64,000 nucleotides of DNA, from the NCBI RefSeq assembly GCF_001194135.2, contig NC_068983.1:80747652-80811651 (forward strand), read 5' to 3'. Of the stretch, positions 27,247 to 39,400 are shown piece by piece. Origin of the DNA: Octopus bimaculoides. Taxonomy: Eukaryota. The position numbers and the translations under genes are program-made. Position 1 is the stretch's first letter. Each line of letters opens with the position of its first letter. Below the pieces are notes generated by a model. It had not been told where the DNA came from. It did no database searches and saw only the letters and a list, made by a program, of their open reading frames with translations.

Positions 27247-27408
27247 GGGCTTCTTTCAGTTTCCGTCTACCAAGTCTACTCACAAGGCTTTGGTCAGCCT
27301 GAGGCTATAGTAGAAGACACTTGCCCAAGGTGCCATGTGGTGGGACTGAACCCAGAACCATGTGGCTTGGTAAGCAAGCTACTCACCACACAGCCACTCC
27401 TACACCTA
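26955..27408 (-). mobile_element. Full-length CORE-like tRNA-SINE with internal (TA)n/(TG)n (Octopus OR2-like; name unverified)
   Basis: The head is ggctgtgtggtgagtagcttgct...gggttcagtcccac. It is followed by CORE-like caccttgggcaagtgtcttctactatagcc, a central microsatellite and an A-rich tail. Confidence 0.85.
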
Positions 27409-27774
27409 TGTTTAAGTGGAATAAATGTTACCTCTTTGTATAAATTCTGCCTCTGTTTGCTGTCATAATGTAAAAGAAAGTATGTTTCTTTTTTAAAATC
27501 TCATTTAGTTTAGCATAGAGCACATTCTATAAATAAACAGTTAGAAAGTTTTATACGAATTAAGTATGTTTTTTTTCTTTTCATCATCAAAAACATGTCT
27601 CTTATTTATTTATTCATTTCATATTCCTAAGATACACTGTTTTTCATAACTGCTTAATATATATTATAAATACTTGACAATATACTGTTAATGTCTTAGA
27701 TACTATAAATATAACAATATCTATATATCTATGAATCTACGTATTTTTCTCTCTGCCTGCCTGACTGCTTTTTT

Positions 27775-27779
27775 GTCTG

Positions 27780-27878
<99 letters not shown>

Positions 27879-27880
27879 TT
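27775..27880. repeat. (TATC)n/(TGTC)n tetranucleotide microsatellite
   Basis: Direct inspection. A similar array lies at ~53500-53590. Confidence 0.95.
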
Positions 27881-27933
27881 ATATATATTTATGTTTGTGT
27901 ATGATTAGCTTATTTGAGCATTTAAGCTGTATA

Positions 27934-28089
27934 TAGGTGTGGGTATGTTAAGAAGTTTGCTTTCCAATTACAGGGTTCCTGGTTCAGTTCCACTGTGTGG
28001 CATCAGAGGTAAGTGTTTTCTTTTATAGCCCCAGGATGACCAAATCCTTGAGAAACTGAAAGGAGCCCTTCACCTGTATATGTATATGT

Positions 28090-28138
<49 letters not shown>

Positions 28139-28275
28139 TGTTTATCTCCCATCACTGCTTGAGAACCAATGTTGGGTTGTTTATGATCCCCATAACTCAG
28201 TGGTTTGACAGAAGAGACTTATAGAATAAGTACATGGGTTAAAAAATAAGTACTGGGGTCAATTTGTTTGACTCA
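27934..28275 (+). mobile_element. CORE-like SINE, diverged copy, inverted relative to 26955-27408
   Basis: Same head, central (TG)n and 3' part as the other copies. Confidence 0.75.
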
Positions 28276-28380
28276 AACAAGTAAAAGATAAAATATATAA
28301 GTAATAATAATAAAAATAATAATGATAATGATAATAATAATAACATACAGATACATAGCTATATACACACACACATATAT

Positions 28381-28767
28381 GGTGTTGTTGGCACTCCGTC
28401 GCTTACAACGTCGAGGGTTCCAGTTGATCCAATCAATGGAACAGCCTGCTCGTGAAATTAACGTGCAAGTGGCTAAGCACTCCATAGACACGTGTACCCT
28501 TAACGTAGTTCTCGGGGATATTCAGCGTGACACAGTGTGACAAGGCAGACCCTTTGAATTACAGGTACAACAGAAACAGGAAGTAAGAGTCAGAGAAAGT
28601 TGTGGTGGAAGAGTACAGCAGGGTTCGCCACCATCCCCTACCGGAGCCTTATGGAGCTTTAGGTGTTTTCGCTCAATAAACACTCACAACGCCTGGTCTG
28701 GGAATCAAAACCGCGATCCTATGACTGCGAGTCTGCTGCCCTAATCACTGGGCCATTGCACCTCCAC
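28381..28767 (-). mobile_element. tRNA-derived SINE with (CAA)n tail (Octopus OK-like; name unverified)
   Basis: The minus-strand head gtggaggtgcaatggcccagtgattagggcagcagactcgcagtcatagga...ggttttgattcc carries A/B-box-like motifs. It is near-identical to 59161-59555. Probable TSD acacacatatat. Confidence 0.9.
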
Positions 28768-28894
28768 TACACACATATATACATACTAACCAAATACCAA
28801 ACAAACACTGTGGAAGTGAATGTGCTTTATTGGTAAGCTACCAGGTGTATACCATAGAATTTATTATCTAATATATTTATGTTATATACCAAAG

Positions 28895-29725
28895 TTCTAG
28901 TAAGTAGGAAGACGAACACATCACACACCCCTTCAGGTGGCCCTGCTCAATCTGTAGAAAAGGTGTAGGTAGAAATTCGATGAGATGTACCCAGTGTAAG
29001 CTATGGGCACATAAGAGGTGCAGCAACATTAAAGGAAGATTAACCGGGAAGATAGCTTTTGTATGTGGCAGATGCACAGGGGCAATAAACACCAGAGATG
29101 CTCAAAAAACAGATTCCGTCACATGCCAGGGGAAGAAACTAGTAGTTGATAGCTTCCACTACCTAGGTGACCAAGTCTGTAGTGGGGGGGTGGACGCTCA
29201 GAGAATGTTACCACTAGAATAAGAATAGCCTGGGCAAAGTTCAGAAAGCTTCTACTCTTTGTGGTGACAAAGAGCCTCTTGCTCAGCGTGAAAGGTAGAT
29301 TGTATGATGCATGTGTATGAACTGCCATGCTTCACGGCAGTGAAACATGAGCCATGACTGCTGAAGACATGCTTAGGCTCGAAAGAAATGAAGCTAGCAT
29401 GATCCGCTGGATGTGTAATGTCAGTGTGCACACACGACAGAGTGTAAGCGCCCTGAGAGAAATGTTGGACATAAGAAGCATCGGATGTGGTATGCAAGAG
29501 AGACATTTGCATTGGTATGGTCATGTACTGCAGTTGGACAAGAAGAGCTGTGTCAAGGAGTGCCACTCCCAAACAGTGGAAGGAATCCGGTGTAGAGGGA
29601 GACCCAGGAAGACATGGGATGAGGTGATGAAGCATGACCTTTGAATGTTGGGCCTCACAGAGGCAATGGCAAAAGACCGAGACCTCTGGAGGTATGCTGT
29701 GACTGAGAAGACCCAGCAAATACAG
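28895..29725 (+). mobile_element. RTE-clade LINE 3' portion (post-RT domain)
   Basis: ORFs read CTQCKLWAHKRC...FVCGRC, then KGRLYDACV...LERNEASMIRWMCNV...RHLHWYGHV...RGRPRKTWDEV. These are standard RTE C-terminal motifs, interrupted by stops and frameshifts. Confidence 0.9.
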
Positions 29726-31020
29726 TGAGTCCACAGCTATAACCTTCATCAGTGCTGCCTAACCAGCCCACTCAANNNNNNNNNNNNNNNNNNNNNNNNN
29801 NNNNNNNNNNNNNNNNNNNNNNNNNNNNNNNNNNNNNNNNNNNNNNNNNNNNNNNNNNNNNNNNNNNNNNNNNNNNNNNNNNNNNNNNNNNNNNNNNNNN
29901 NNNNNNNNNNNNNNNNNNNNNNNNNNNNNNNNNNNNNNNNNNNNNNNNNNNNNNNNNNNNNNNNNNNNNNNNNNNNNNNNNNNNNNNNNNNNNNNNNNNN
30001 NNNNNNNNNNNNNNNNNNNNNNNNNNNNNNNNNNNNNNNNNNNNNNNNNNNNNNNNNNNNNNNNNNNNNNNNNNNNNNNNNNNNNNNNNNNNNNNNNNNN
30101 NNNNNNNNNNNNNNNNNNNNNNNNNNNNNNNNNNNNNNNNNNNNNNNNNNNNNNNNNNNNNNNNNNNNNNNNNNNNNNNNNNNNNNNNNNNNNNNNNNNN
30201 NNNNNNNNNNNNNNNNNNNNNNNNNNNNNNNNNNNNNNNNNNNNNNNNNNNNNNNNNNNNNNNNNNNNNNNNNNNNNNNNNNNNNNNNNNNNNNNNNNNN
30301 NNNNNNNNNNNNNNNNNNNNNNNNNNNNNNNNNNNNNNNNNNNNNNNNNNNNNNNNNNNNNNNNNNNNNNNNNNNNNNNNNNNNNNNNNNNNNNNNNNNN
30401 NNNNNNNNNNNNNNNNNNNNNNNNNNNNNNNNNNNNNNNNNNNNNNNNNNNNNNNNNNNNNNNNNNNNNNNNNNNNNNNNNNNNNNNNNNNNNNNNNNNN
30501 NNNNNNNNNNNNNNNNNNNNNNNNNNNNNNNNNNNNNNNNNNCTGTGTAGTAATAAGTCTCCTTCCCAACCACGTGATTCTGGATTCAGTATCACTGTGT
30601 AGCATCTTGGACAAGTCTCTACCTTGGGCCTACCAAAGTTTTCTGAATGGTTTTGTTTGATGGAAGGTGAAAGTACCCTGTTATATGATGTACGTGTGCA
30701 TGTGTGTGAAAATAGGAGCGTATTGGTAACATGAAGGGTATCCAGCTGTAGAAAATCTACCTGAATAAATGCTGGCCAACCTATGCAAGCATGGAAATGT
30801 GTATGTTAAAATGATGATGATGATGATATATATTTGTGAAGGTTAATGAGAAAAATAGTTTTTAAGAATTGAATTTAAATTCTCACTAAAAACAGTTTAT
30901 ATAATATAGCCTTTTTTAATTACTACATTTTGGAGGCTACATTTTCCTAAGTATGTAAACAAATATTCCTCCACCTCAAATTATCATTTCTGAATGTGCA
31001 ACATTTTTTCACATACCTAC

Positions 31021-31063
31021 CTCAACTTATGTAATGTTTTTCTTTTATGCCTGTCAGCTGTTT
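31021..31063 (-). CDS. Candidate 43-nt exon (xTADRHKRKTLHKL), phase 1 to 2
   Basis: Acceptor tgtatttatctag and donor AG|gtaggt. It splices in frame onto the 25756 candidate (…LHKLR EALLETW…). Confidence 0.3.
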
Positions 31064-33637
31064 CTAGATAAATACAGTGATAAGCATTTTTTAAGAATGT
31101 TCAAATTACCAGATTATTTGTTTAAAAAAATGTCTTAATTACTGGGATTCAAAATAATACATTTTGATTTTACATTTATCTTTTACACTTTAAAAGATTT
31201 TATTATTGTAGATAAATGTATTAACTTTACTGTTTCTATATTGATTTTTCTTTAATACCATCTAGATCTAATAATAAAACAGTACTTTCTCAAATAAAAT
31301 TACATTACATTTTCTCTTCCAAATTAATTCAACAACAAAATAAGAAAACACTAAGACAGATCTTCCCTTTCTGAACATAGTTATCTGAGTGAATAATGTT
31401 TGAGGTTCCACGTAACAATATTAAAACTTAATTCTCCCATAAAGGTGATTATAGCTTCAAAAAGTAAGGAAAGAATTGAATGAAATTGAGGAAACAGAAT
31501 AACAACAAAACAAAATAGGAAGAACTTGAGAAACAAAGAAGCTACTGATTAGAATCTAATTAGAATAATAAAAATATAAGAGAAAGATGCGTAAAGCAAA
31601 AGTTATTCTGCCAAAACACATAATGTACTTTATTTTTTTCAAATTTAATTTTTGCTTTTATTTTCTGAATTCCATCTGGCAGACTGTAGCAGTGGCTAAT
31701 ATTGTAGGCTCAAAGCTTATCTTCCCCTATTTTTCCAAGTATGCCTTTATAGCAAGATTCTGATTCCTCTGGGGAAAATATTTTATATGTTGTGCTTTTT
31801 TATTTCTGGATTCCTTTTTAAAATCTGATTTCATATTTACTTTTAGCAATATATTAATAAAAACCTTTATAATTTCTGGTTTTGTTTTTGTAAACTTCCA
31901 TTTCAGCACAATAAATTATTATTTTATTTCATGCCATACTATATACATAATATTTGCTTTAAAGTTAAGGAAAAGCATTCAAATTTCTGATAAAATTTCA
32001 GTTGAATGAATTTTTGGAAATAGCATTTATTTTTTATCCATTATTAATTCNNNNNNNNNNNNNNNNNNNNNNNNNNNNNNNNNNNNNNNNNNNNNNNNNN
32101 NNNNNNNNNNNNNNNNNNNNNNNNNNNNNNNNNNNNNNNNNNNNNNNNNNNNNNNNNNNNNNNNNNNNNNNNNNNNNNNNNNNNNNNNNNNNNNNNNNNN
32201 NNNNNNNNNNNNNNNNNNNNNNNNNNNNNNNNNNNNNNNNNNNNNNNNNNNNNNNNNNNNNNNNNNNNNNNNNNNNNNNNNNNNNNNNNNNNNNNNNNNN
32301 NNNNNNNNNNNNNNNNNNNNNNNNNNNNNNNNNNNNNNNNNNNNNNNNNNNNNNNNNNNNNNNNNNNNNNNNNNNNNNNNNNNNNNNNNNNNNNNNNNNN
32401 NNNNNNNNNNNNNNNNNNNNNNNNNNNNNNNNNNNNNNNNNNNNNNNNNNNNNNNNNNNNNNNNNNNNNNNNNNNNNNNNNNNNNNNNNNNNNNNNNNNN
32501 NNNNNNNNNNNNNNNNNNNNNNNNNNNNNNNNNNNNNNNNNNNNNNNNNNNNNNNNNNNNNNNNNNNNNNNNNNNNNNNNNNNNNNNNNNNNNNNNNNNN
32601 NNNNNNNNNNNNNNNNNNNNNNNNNNNNNNNNNNNNNNNNNNNNNNNNNNNNNNNNNNNNNNNNNTCATAATTTAAAAAGCTTCCCTTGAGAATTAGATT
32701 TTGTAATTTTTTTCCCCTAGATGGTTACTTGTAAAATTTTGATTTTATTATTTAATGCCTGAACTAATAATTATACAAATAAAAAAGTCAACCATGAACC
32801 TTTCCATTTCATTGGATTTATTTTGATTTCCCTTTTTTGAAATCAAATCCGATGAAATCAGGTATTAAAAATGGACATTGTAATGAACAAACATGTTTGT
32901 TCTTTGTTTTGCTACAGTTGCATGCTTTATCAAATTGGTATGCTTCATATTAAAAAAAACTAACAAAGAATTATATGAGGTTCACTGACTCAATCAATTA
33001 CCTCTGTTGAAAGAAGAAAAGAAATCAGTTGTTTTTAAATGAGAATTCTGTTTTAGATTTTTATTTAGTTTAATTTGTTCATTAGTGCAAAATTTGGTGC
33101 ATATTTCTAACTGAAATGTTTCATTAGTCTGAAATGTAGCATTCTGCACAAAATAACAAAGATGCATATACTTTTGAGTTAAAATTAGTGAGTTGCTGAG
33201 ATATTTATTTACATTTCTTGCTATTTAACCTCCATCTACAGTATTTGATATTTCAATCTTTCAATTGAGGTATAAACTAATTCACTTAAACATGCACATT
33301 TTAACAATTTAGGAAACAATTAATCAAAAGAACCAATAGAACCATGACACTGTTGAGAAGGGCCCTTTTGTCATGTTTATTATGAATATATTCTTTTAAG
33401 TTAATTTTTGTGTAATTTTGTAAGCATGTCTGTGAGCAGCTTAAAGTCATAAAGAAAAAATCATTCAGCAAAAGCTTATAGGGGGTGTCTGAAAGCTGTG
33501 TTAAGTTCTTTAGGTGAATATAACATGTAAGTTAACGATGAGAATTGTAGGAACATAGATACCCAAAGCAAGTGGGATGGCTAGGCAAGATAAAAGTACC
33601 TTGCAACTGAATAAAAGTTTGCTAATTAAAACCTTAC

Positions 33638-33689
33638 CACAGATACTGCACAAAAGCATGTCGAATTTTCACCTTAGTCAAGAATTTTT
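33638..33689 (-). CDS. Candidate 52-nt exon (xKFLTKVKIRHAFVQYL), phase 1 to 2
   Basis: Acceptor ttaaatatag and donor GTG|gtaagg. A single frame is open and is in phase with the 36486 candidate. Confidence 0.25.
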
Positions 33690-36485
33690 CTATATTTAAT
33701 TAAGGTTTGAACCATCATCAACATGATTTTGATATCTACATTTCCATGCTTGCATGGGTTGGATAGGATTTTTGAGACAGATTTTTCTGCAGCAAAATAC
33801 CATTCCTGTCATCAACCCTCATCTGTTTTCAAGTGATGTAATATTTCCCCATGAACAGACATGTTTACATGGAAAACTGGAAATAAAGGACACTGCCTGC
33901 ATCATCATCATCATCATNNNNNNNNNNNNNNNNNNNNNNNNNNNNNNNNNNNNNNNNNNNNNNNNNNNNNNNNNNNNNNNNNNNNNNNNNNNNNNNNNNN
34001 NNNNNNNNNNNNNNNNNCATGTGTCACCCGCACATGAGCCAGTCCAGAGGCACCGGCAACGATCTCGACAGTAACATTTATTCATAACCATCATGTGAAG
34101 AGTTAAGTAAAACGGCAGTAACACACACACACACATGCTTACATATAACAGGCCTCCATCCACTATATCTCCCCATAAGCTTTTGCCTGGCCCAGGGTCT
34201 CAGTAGAAGACACTTGCCCAAAGTGTCAGTGGGACTGAATGGCTGATATAAAATGTGAATGAAAAGTGTTATAGAAAAAGAAAAAAGAAATGTAATATCT
34301 GTTTTAAATCATACTCAAAAAGACATATTCATATGGTTTTAATCTGTATAGTACTTTAATGGAGAAATAAATACTGTAATGTTTGCATCATTATAAAATT
34401 ATCAACAGTATGAAGGTTTGTTGTATTTGAATGCTAGTATTTGAGAGCAACAGTAATGATAATTTCCCCAGGTTTTTTTAGGATGAGAGATGTTTTAATT
34501 TAATTTAACTGCTACTGTTGAAAAGTTTTGTAATGCTTATTACTATCACCAAAATAGGCAATAGAATTGTTTTGTGCACTAGAACTGATTGCCAATGATT
34601 GTGTAAAGCATCTGTTTTAAAAAAAGAGATCATTTTTGTATTCAGTTTTTAGTTTGAAAGAAATATTTAAAAAATGTTTAAAAAAATTTTTATGTATGTT
34701 TTTTTTCTTTTTGTTTTTCTTTTTAGTTGTTTATTATTAACCAACCATGCAGTCAGAAGCTAATTTTCATTGATTTTTATGATACAGTAAACTTCCGAAA
34801 TAACAAAAACTCAAGCTAACGGAACATTTGAAAATTGTCATTCTGTAGAGAAAATTACCGATAATGTGCTAATTTGTTTACTTCAGCTTACACTATTTTA
34901 AAAATGTTTCTTGTTTTTATTATTTTTCCAATTGCTTACTGCAAATTTACCAGCTAATAAAGAAGTATTCATTAAAAACTATTCTTCCAGTATGAGAAAA
35001 CAAATATTTATAAGATGATTAAATTTCATCTTTATTGTGATGGTCTGTGCAAGGAAAGAAAGATCAATCTACAACCTCTTTAAGTTTTTCCATAGTAGAA
35101 AAATTTCAAAATACATCAAAAAAGCTATTGTCTTTGGTTTCTCATCTTATATTATGAATCAAGTATGGGTAATCTTCTGCACTTTATGATGTATCATAAT
35201 CTGAGTTTTGACTTAAATATATTTCAATGATTTACTTAATGCAATATAGGGTGTATACTGTATGGCATACAACTTTAAATTATTCATTTAATGTTGTTGT
35301 CCCATTTATGACAAAGAATATCTCATAAAACCAGTTGATTTTATATATTATACCCCTTATAAACTCTGAAATTAAAAGGATACTACTGTTGGTGATCTAA
35401 AAGATATGAGGTTCTATTACTTTTCTTTAACTCAACACAAATTTCAAAAATGGGATGCATAGATTAGTTTAGACTCCCTGCTTTCTTCCTTCCATGAATG
35501 AAACTTGGGGATTAAAATGTTTTTTTTTTTTAATTTCTGCTTTGGTTTTAGGCTATAAACGTAATTCCTCATATAGTTATTGATTAATTCTGTTATTTAT
35601 TGATGTGATGGGTTACACAAATCCATACAACAGATTTGCAAAAAACTTTAAGTTTTAATATATCTTTCAGAGATCTGAAAAGACAGTGTACATAAAAAGT
35701 ACATTTGAAATCATCATCATCATTCTCATCATGCCATCTTCATTGTCATCATCATCATCATCATTGTCGTCATTATCATCCTCATTTAAAGTCCATATTC
35801 CATGCTGGCATGGGTTAAATGGTTTTATAGGAACCAAAGTGTCCAAGGAACACATCAAGCTCTAATGTCTGTTTTGGCATGTTTTTTACCACTGGATGCA
35901 CTTCTTAACATCAACTACTTTACAGTGTAGACTGGGTGCTCTTTTCGTGCCAACTATTGAGGTTGTGATGCAGTTCCTAGGACTATAAGCACTGGGGTAG
36001 TGGGGGAATCAGCTTCAATGCGGGAATTACTATGAGAGGGGGCAAGCAGGTTCCTGGAAAGGGATCTGTGTGGCTACTCACATTTAATATGGAAACAAAA
36101 AATATATTATTAGATAACATAAAAAGAATATAATATTAGTGAGAAGAATAAATATTTCCATTTTAAATCATTTTAACTATGATAGGTAAATTTTTATAAT
36201 CTTATCTAATGTCTTTGTTAAATGTCTTTGTTAACTTGTCTCTATGTTATTATGAAGCAAGTACTTTCTCATTTGTTACACATCATCCATTTATATAAGC
36301 AGTCCATAATATATTCCTCTATTTTGAATACTCAGTGAATGTTGCTAATTTTTCTGTTGTTTTCTTATCCCGTTTCTGTAAGATTGTTTGGTAATTTCAA
36401 TTCAGGTCTTGTATTTGTATTGCTTAGATTTTATTAACTCATTAGATTTTCATTATATTTCTGACACTTGTATTATATGACCTAC

Positions 36486-36552
36486 CTCTAAGAAATAATC
36501 CCTTGTCACCACCAGACAATAATTCCATGCATTTTCTCACTTGGTTCATATA
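36486..36552 (-). CDS. Candidate 67-nt exon (YMNQVRKCMELLSGGDKGLFLR), phase 0 to 1
   Basis: Acceptor cagttttag and donor GAG|gtaggt. A single frame is open. Confidence 0.25.
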
Positions 36553-36689
36553 CTAAAACTGATTCCATGTCTAATATAATTAGGTTATCTAAAATCCAAT
36601 ATTATTAGTTGTTAGCTCTTCTCTGTATTAGGCACACCATTACATGTGACACACTTAAAGTGTCAGCTCCATATAATAACTGTAAGCCA

Positions 36690-36890
36690 ATGCAGAAGCC
36701 TCTATGTGGTTACTCAACAGCTAGAAATACCAGACAAAGTCTCTTAGATGCACCACGTCCTTTAAAGAAAACACATTAAACAGACAGTGAAGTCTCTAAT
36801 ATACACAATGGTGAGATGGCCATAACTGGAATGTCTTTCAGCAAGGGTCTTTTCAGTCAGAGCTGATGTATGACTAAACAACAACTTTTT
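36690..36890 (+). mobile_element. Unclassified dispersed repeat with CAA-like tail (also ~955, ~16550, ~41540, ~58400, ~59990)
   Basis: Shared pattern: cct.tatgtggtt..tc.ac..gctagaaata.cag.caaa...ggatggtcat..ctggaatg.ctttgatcat...gacctg.ggctaaacaacaa. Confidence 0.6.
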
Positions 36891-37473
36891 GACATCATAC
36901 ATTTCTGGCAAGAAAATTATATCTTCTAGTCTAACTAAATGATAGTAGGTTAAAAGTCAAGGAACGAAGTGTGACAGTAATGAATTAGGCCTTAATTCAG
37001 ATGTTGGCCTCAATCATTTTTGTTTTGTATGTATGCTTGTTGAAATTCTCTCTACTATTGCTACCATTTCTAAAACTGTATAATTAATACCATCTCTATT
37101 AGTGACAATTGATTAATAGATAATGTAAACTAATTAGCAATCTCAAAGTTATTTAGTTATATACACATTGATTTCTCATTATAGTGTAAAAAAAAATAGG
37201 AGAAAAGCCAGTTTGTGAATGGAAATTTGTGAAGATCCATAATTATCCAAGTCTGAATATGAGAAGTATCAAAAGTAACAAAGTGAAGGAAGAGTCTAGA
37301 AGAGACCCGCTACACCTTGAGTGGAGAACCCTTTTAAAGCCAGGGTTGAATTTGTGATGAGGAAATTAATCTTTTCATTTTATGAATTTATTGGTTTCTA
37401 ACTTATATTTAATTACTGCATTGGTGTTAAACCTTAAAATGTTTTTTTTTCCTGTTTCAAATTGGTATTTTAG

Positions 37474-37567
37474 AGAATTTTGTGAGCATGTAGATCCAAA
37501 ATTGAAATCAGGCAAAACTCCTCTTACAGAGGAAGAGTTTCTCATACTTGTGGGAAACCAATCCTCC
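37474..37567 (+). CDS. Candidate 94-nt exon (xEFCEHVDPKLKSGKTPLTEEEFLILVGNQSS), phase 2 to 0
   Basis: Acceptor tttttcctgtttcaaattggtattttag and donor TCC|gtaaat. The composition is protein-like. No homology recognised. Confidence 0.35.
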
Positions 37568-38229
37568 GTAAATTAAATTTTGCATTGTTATTTGATACTC
37601 TGTAATTAGTAGCCAAATACCATTCAAATCACATCCAGCCATCTTAACCAACGAAAAGCATGTTAGATAAAGAGTTGTAGATACCCTGTGCCAGAAACAA
37701 AAGACATAATGTTCGCAACTATATTGTCTATGATCATTCATTTGCTCAATCACAGTTCACCTGGGGCTAAAAAAACCACAACTACGTAAATGTAACATTA
37801 TTCCAAGAACAGGTATAAGGCAACAACATGATGTGTCTAGTTATTAGTTAAATTTTTAGTGAGAATATATTACTCCATGATGAAAGACAATGATCAGATA
37901 GTCATGTTTGAATCTGCTAGAACATATCGAGAATGTGTGCCCCTTATGAATTATTGTCTGATTGGCAGATATCAGCTCACATCAGCAAATAATTAAGGAT
38001 TATTACAGCAGAGAGAGCTCATAAAACTGTGTGATTAATAGAATGGAAAGCCCTGGTGGATGATGGAATCAGAAACAAACACACAGACACTACTGCATCC
38101 AAATTCACAGACCTTCCTGAACTGACTGAGGACGTCAAAACAGAGTGAAGACTGTTTAATTTGGTAGTTTTTTTATTTGGCTGTACTATACTGTGAAATG
38201 AGGCAGTTCAGTGTGAATCCATGTGGTAA

Positions 38230-39400
38230 AAGAAATTCTCAGTTTAATCAGGAAGTTAAAGATGCTATCTGAGCAAAGAAGAAGGCTTACAAAGCTGGTT
38301 TTTTGGAAACAAGTCTCTCCTTTTGCTTATGCAGTATACTGAGGCACAAAAAGTTGCAGAAGAGACTGTAAAAACGTCCAAGGTTAAATTATGGGAGGAC
38401 TTTGGGACTGATCTAGACTCTAACTTTAGTTTAGCCAATAAAATATTCTGGCAGGCCATCTGCTGAGTTCTTAACAAGAAGCCCTCTTCCACATCTGCCA
38501 TTAAAAACTTGGGCTGGGGCTCTTCTCTCTACTGAGAGGTAGTAAGAATACTTTGTTAAGCTCCTAAATCCAGTCACAATAAAATCCTTTGGTAGAAAAT
38601 AGATGCATATAGGAGTGAAGATTAACCTTACAACAGCTGAAGCCATCTGCGTGATTAAAGTGCTCATGTGTGACAAGGCTTCTGGGGAGGATGAAACTTG
38701 GTCAGGGATATTAAAAGCTTTAAAAAGAGAAGGTATTCTTTGGCCAATTTGTGTATGCTTGATAGCTTGGACCTCTGGAAAGACACCAAAGCAGTGGAAA
38801 TTTGGAGTGATAATAGCAAGGGAAACAAGAAAGAGTGCTTTAATTATAGGGTCTCCTCAGGAAAGTTTATGCTAAGTGTCTGGAAAAGAGATGTAGGAAA
38901 ATTGTTGCGTCCAAGATAGCCTAACAGTGTGGTTTCCATCTTAGCTACAGCTCAGCTGACCAGATACTCACTCTAAAGCAGATCTTTGAGAAATCATGGA
39001 AATATTGAGATGTTCACTTCCTTTGTAGAACTTGAAAAAACATATGACCACATGCCACAGAGTATACTGTGGAGGACTTTGCAGAAGTTTGAGATTAATG
39101 AGCAGATCATTCATATAAAAGATGGAAAGTGAAGTTCTCAAAATGTAGCTCTTTGAGAATATTTTGTATAATGGCACTAGAACTTATTGCCACAACTTGT
39201 TTTATATGTATAAGAGAACATAAACCAAGTATATTATTGAGGATATGTGTTACGGTACATTGAAACAGTAGAATTTGCTACTGTTGGTAGCAAAAGCATT
39301 ATATAAACAGCAATTTGTTTGTTGATGGAAATGCAGAGTTCAAATCCTTTTATGGATATAACTGCAGAGAAACTAGCTCTTACAGCATATTAAACCTTAA
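38230..39400 (+). mobile_element. RTE-clade LINE reverse-transcriptase remnant
   Basis: KASGEDE...ILKALKREG...AWTSGKTPKQW...KGNKKECFNYR...FVELEKTYD correspond to decayed RT domain 0-3 motifs (KAPGxD, KGD..C.NYRGI, FVDLEKAYD). Confidence 0.85.

Noticed and set aside
28273-28540. Recurrent ORF ...QLIQSMEQPAREINVQVAKHS...DIQRDTV (also 42442 and 59140)
   Set aside because: It is the antisense reading of the same SINE, so the recurrence reflects SINE copies and not a gene family.
29749-30660. 270-300 aa ORFs (also 32002-32676 and 55958-56981)
   Set aside because: They consist almost entirely of N-gap read as X.
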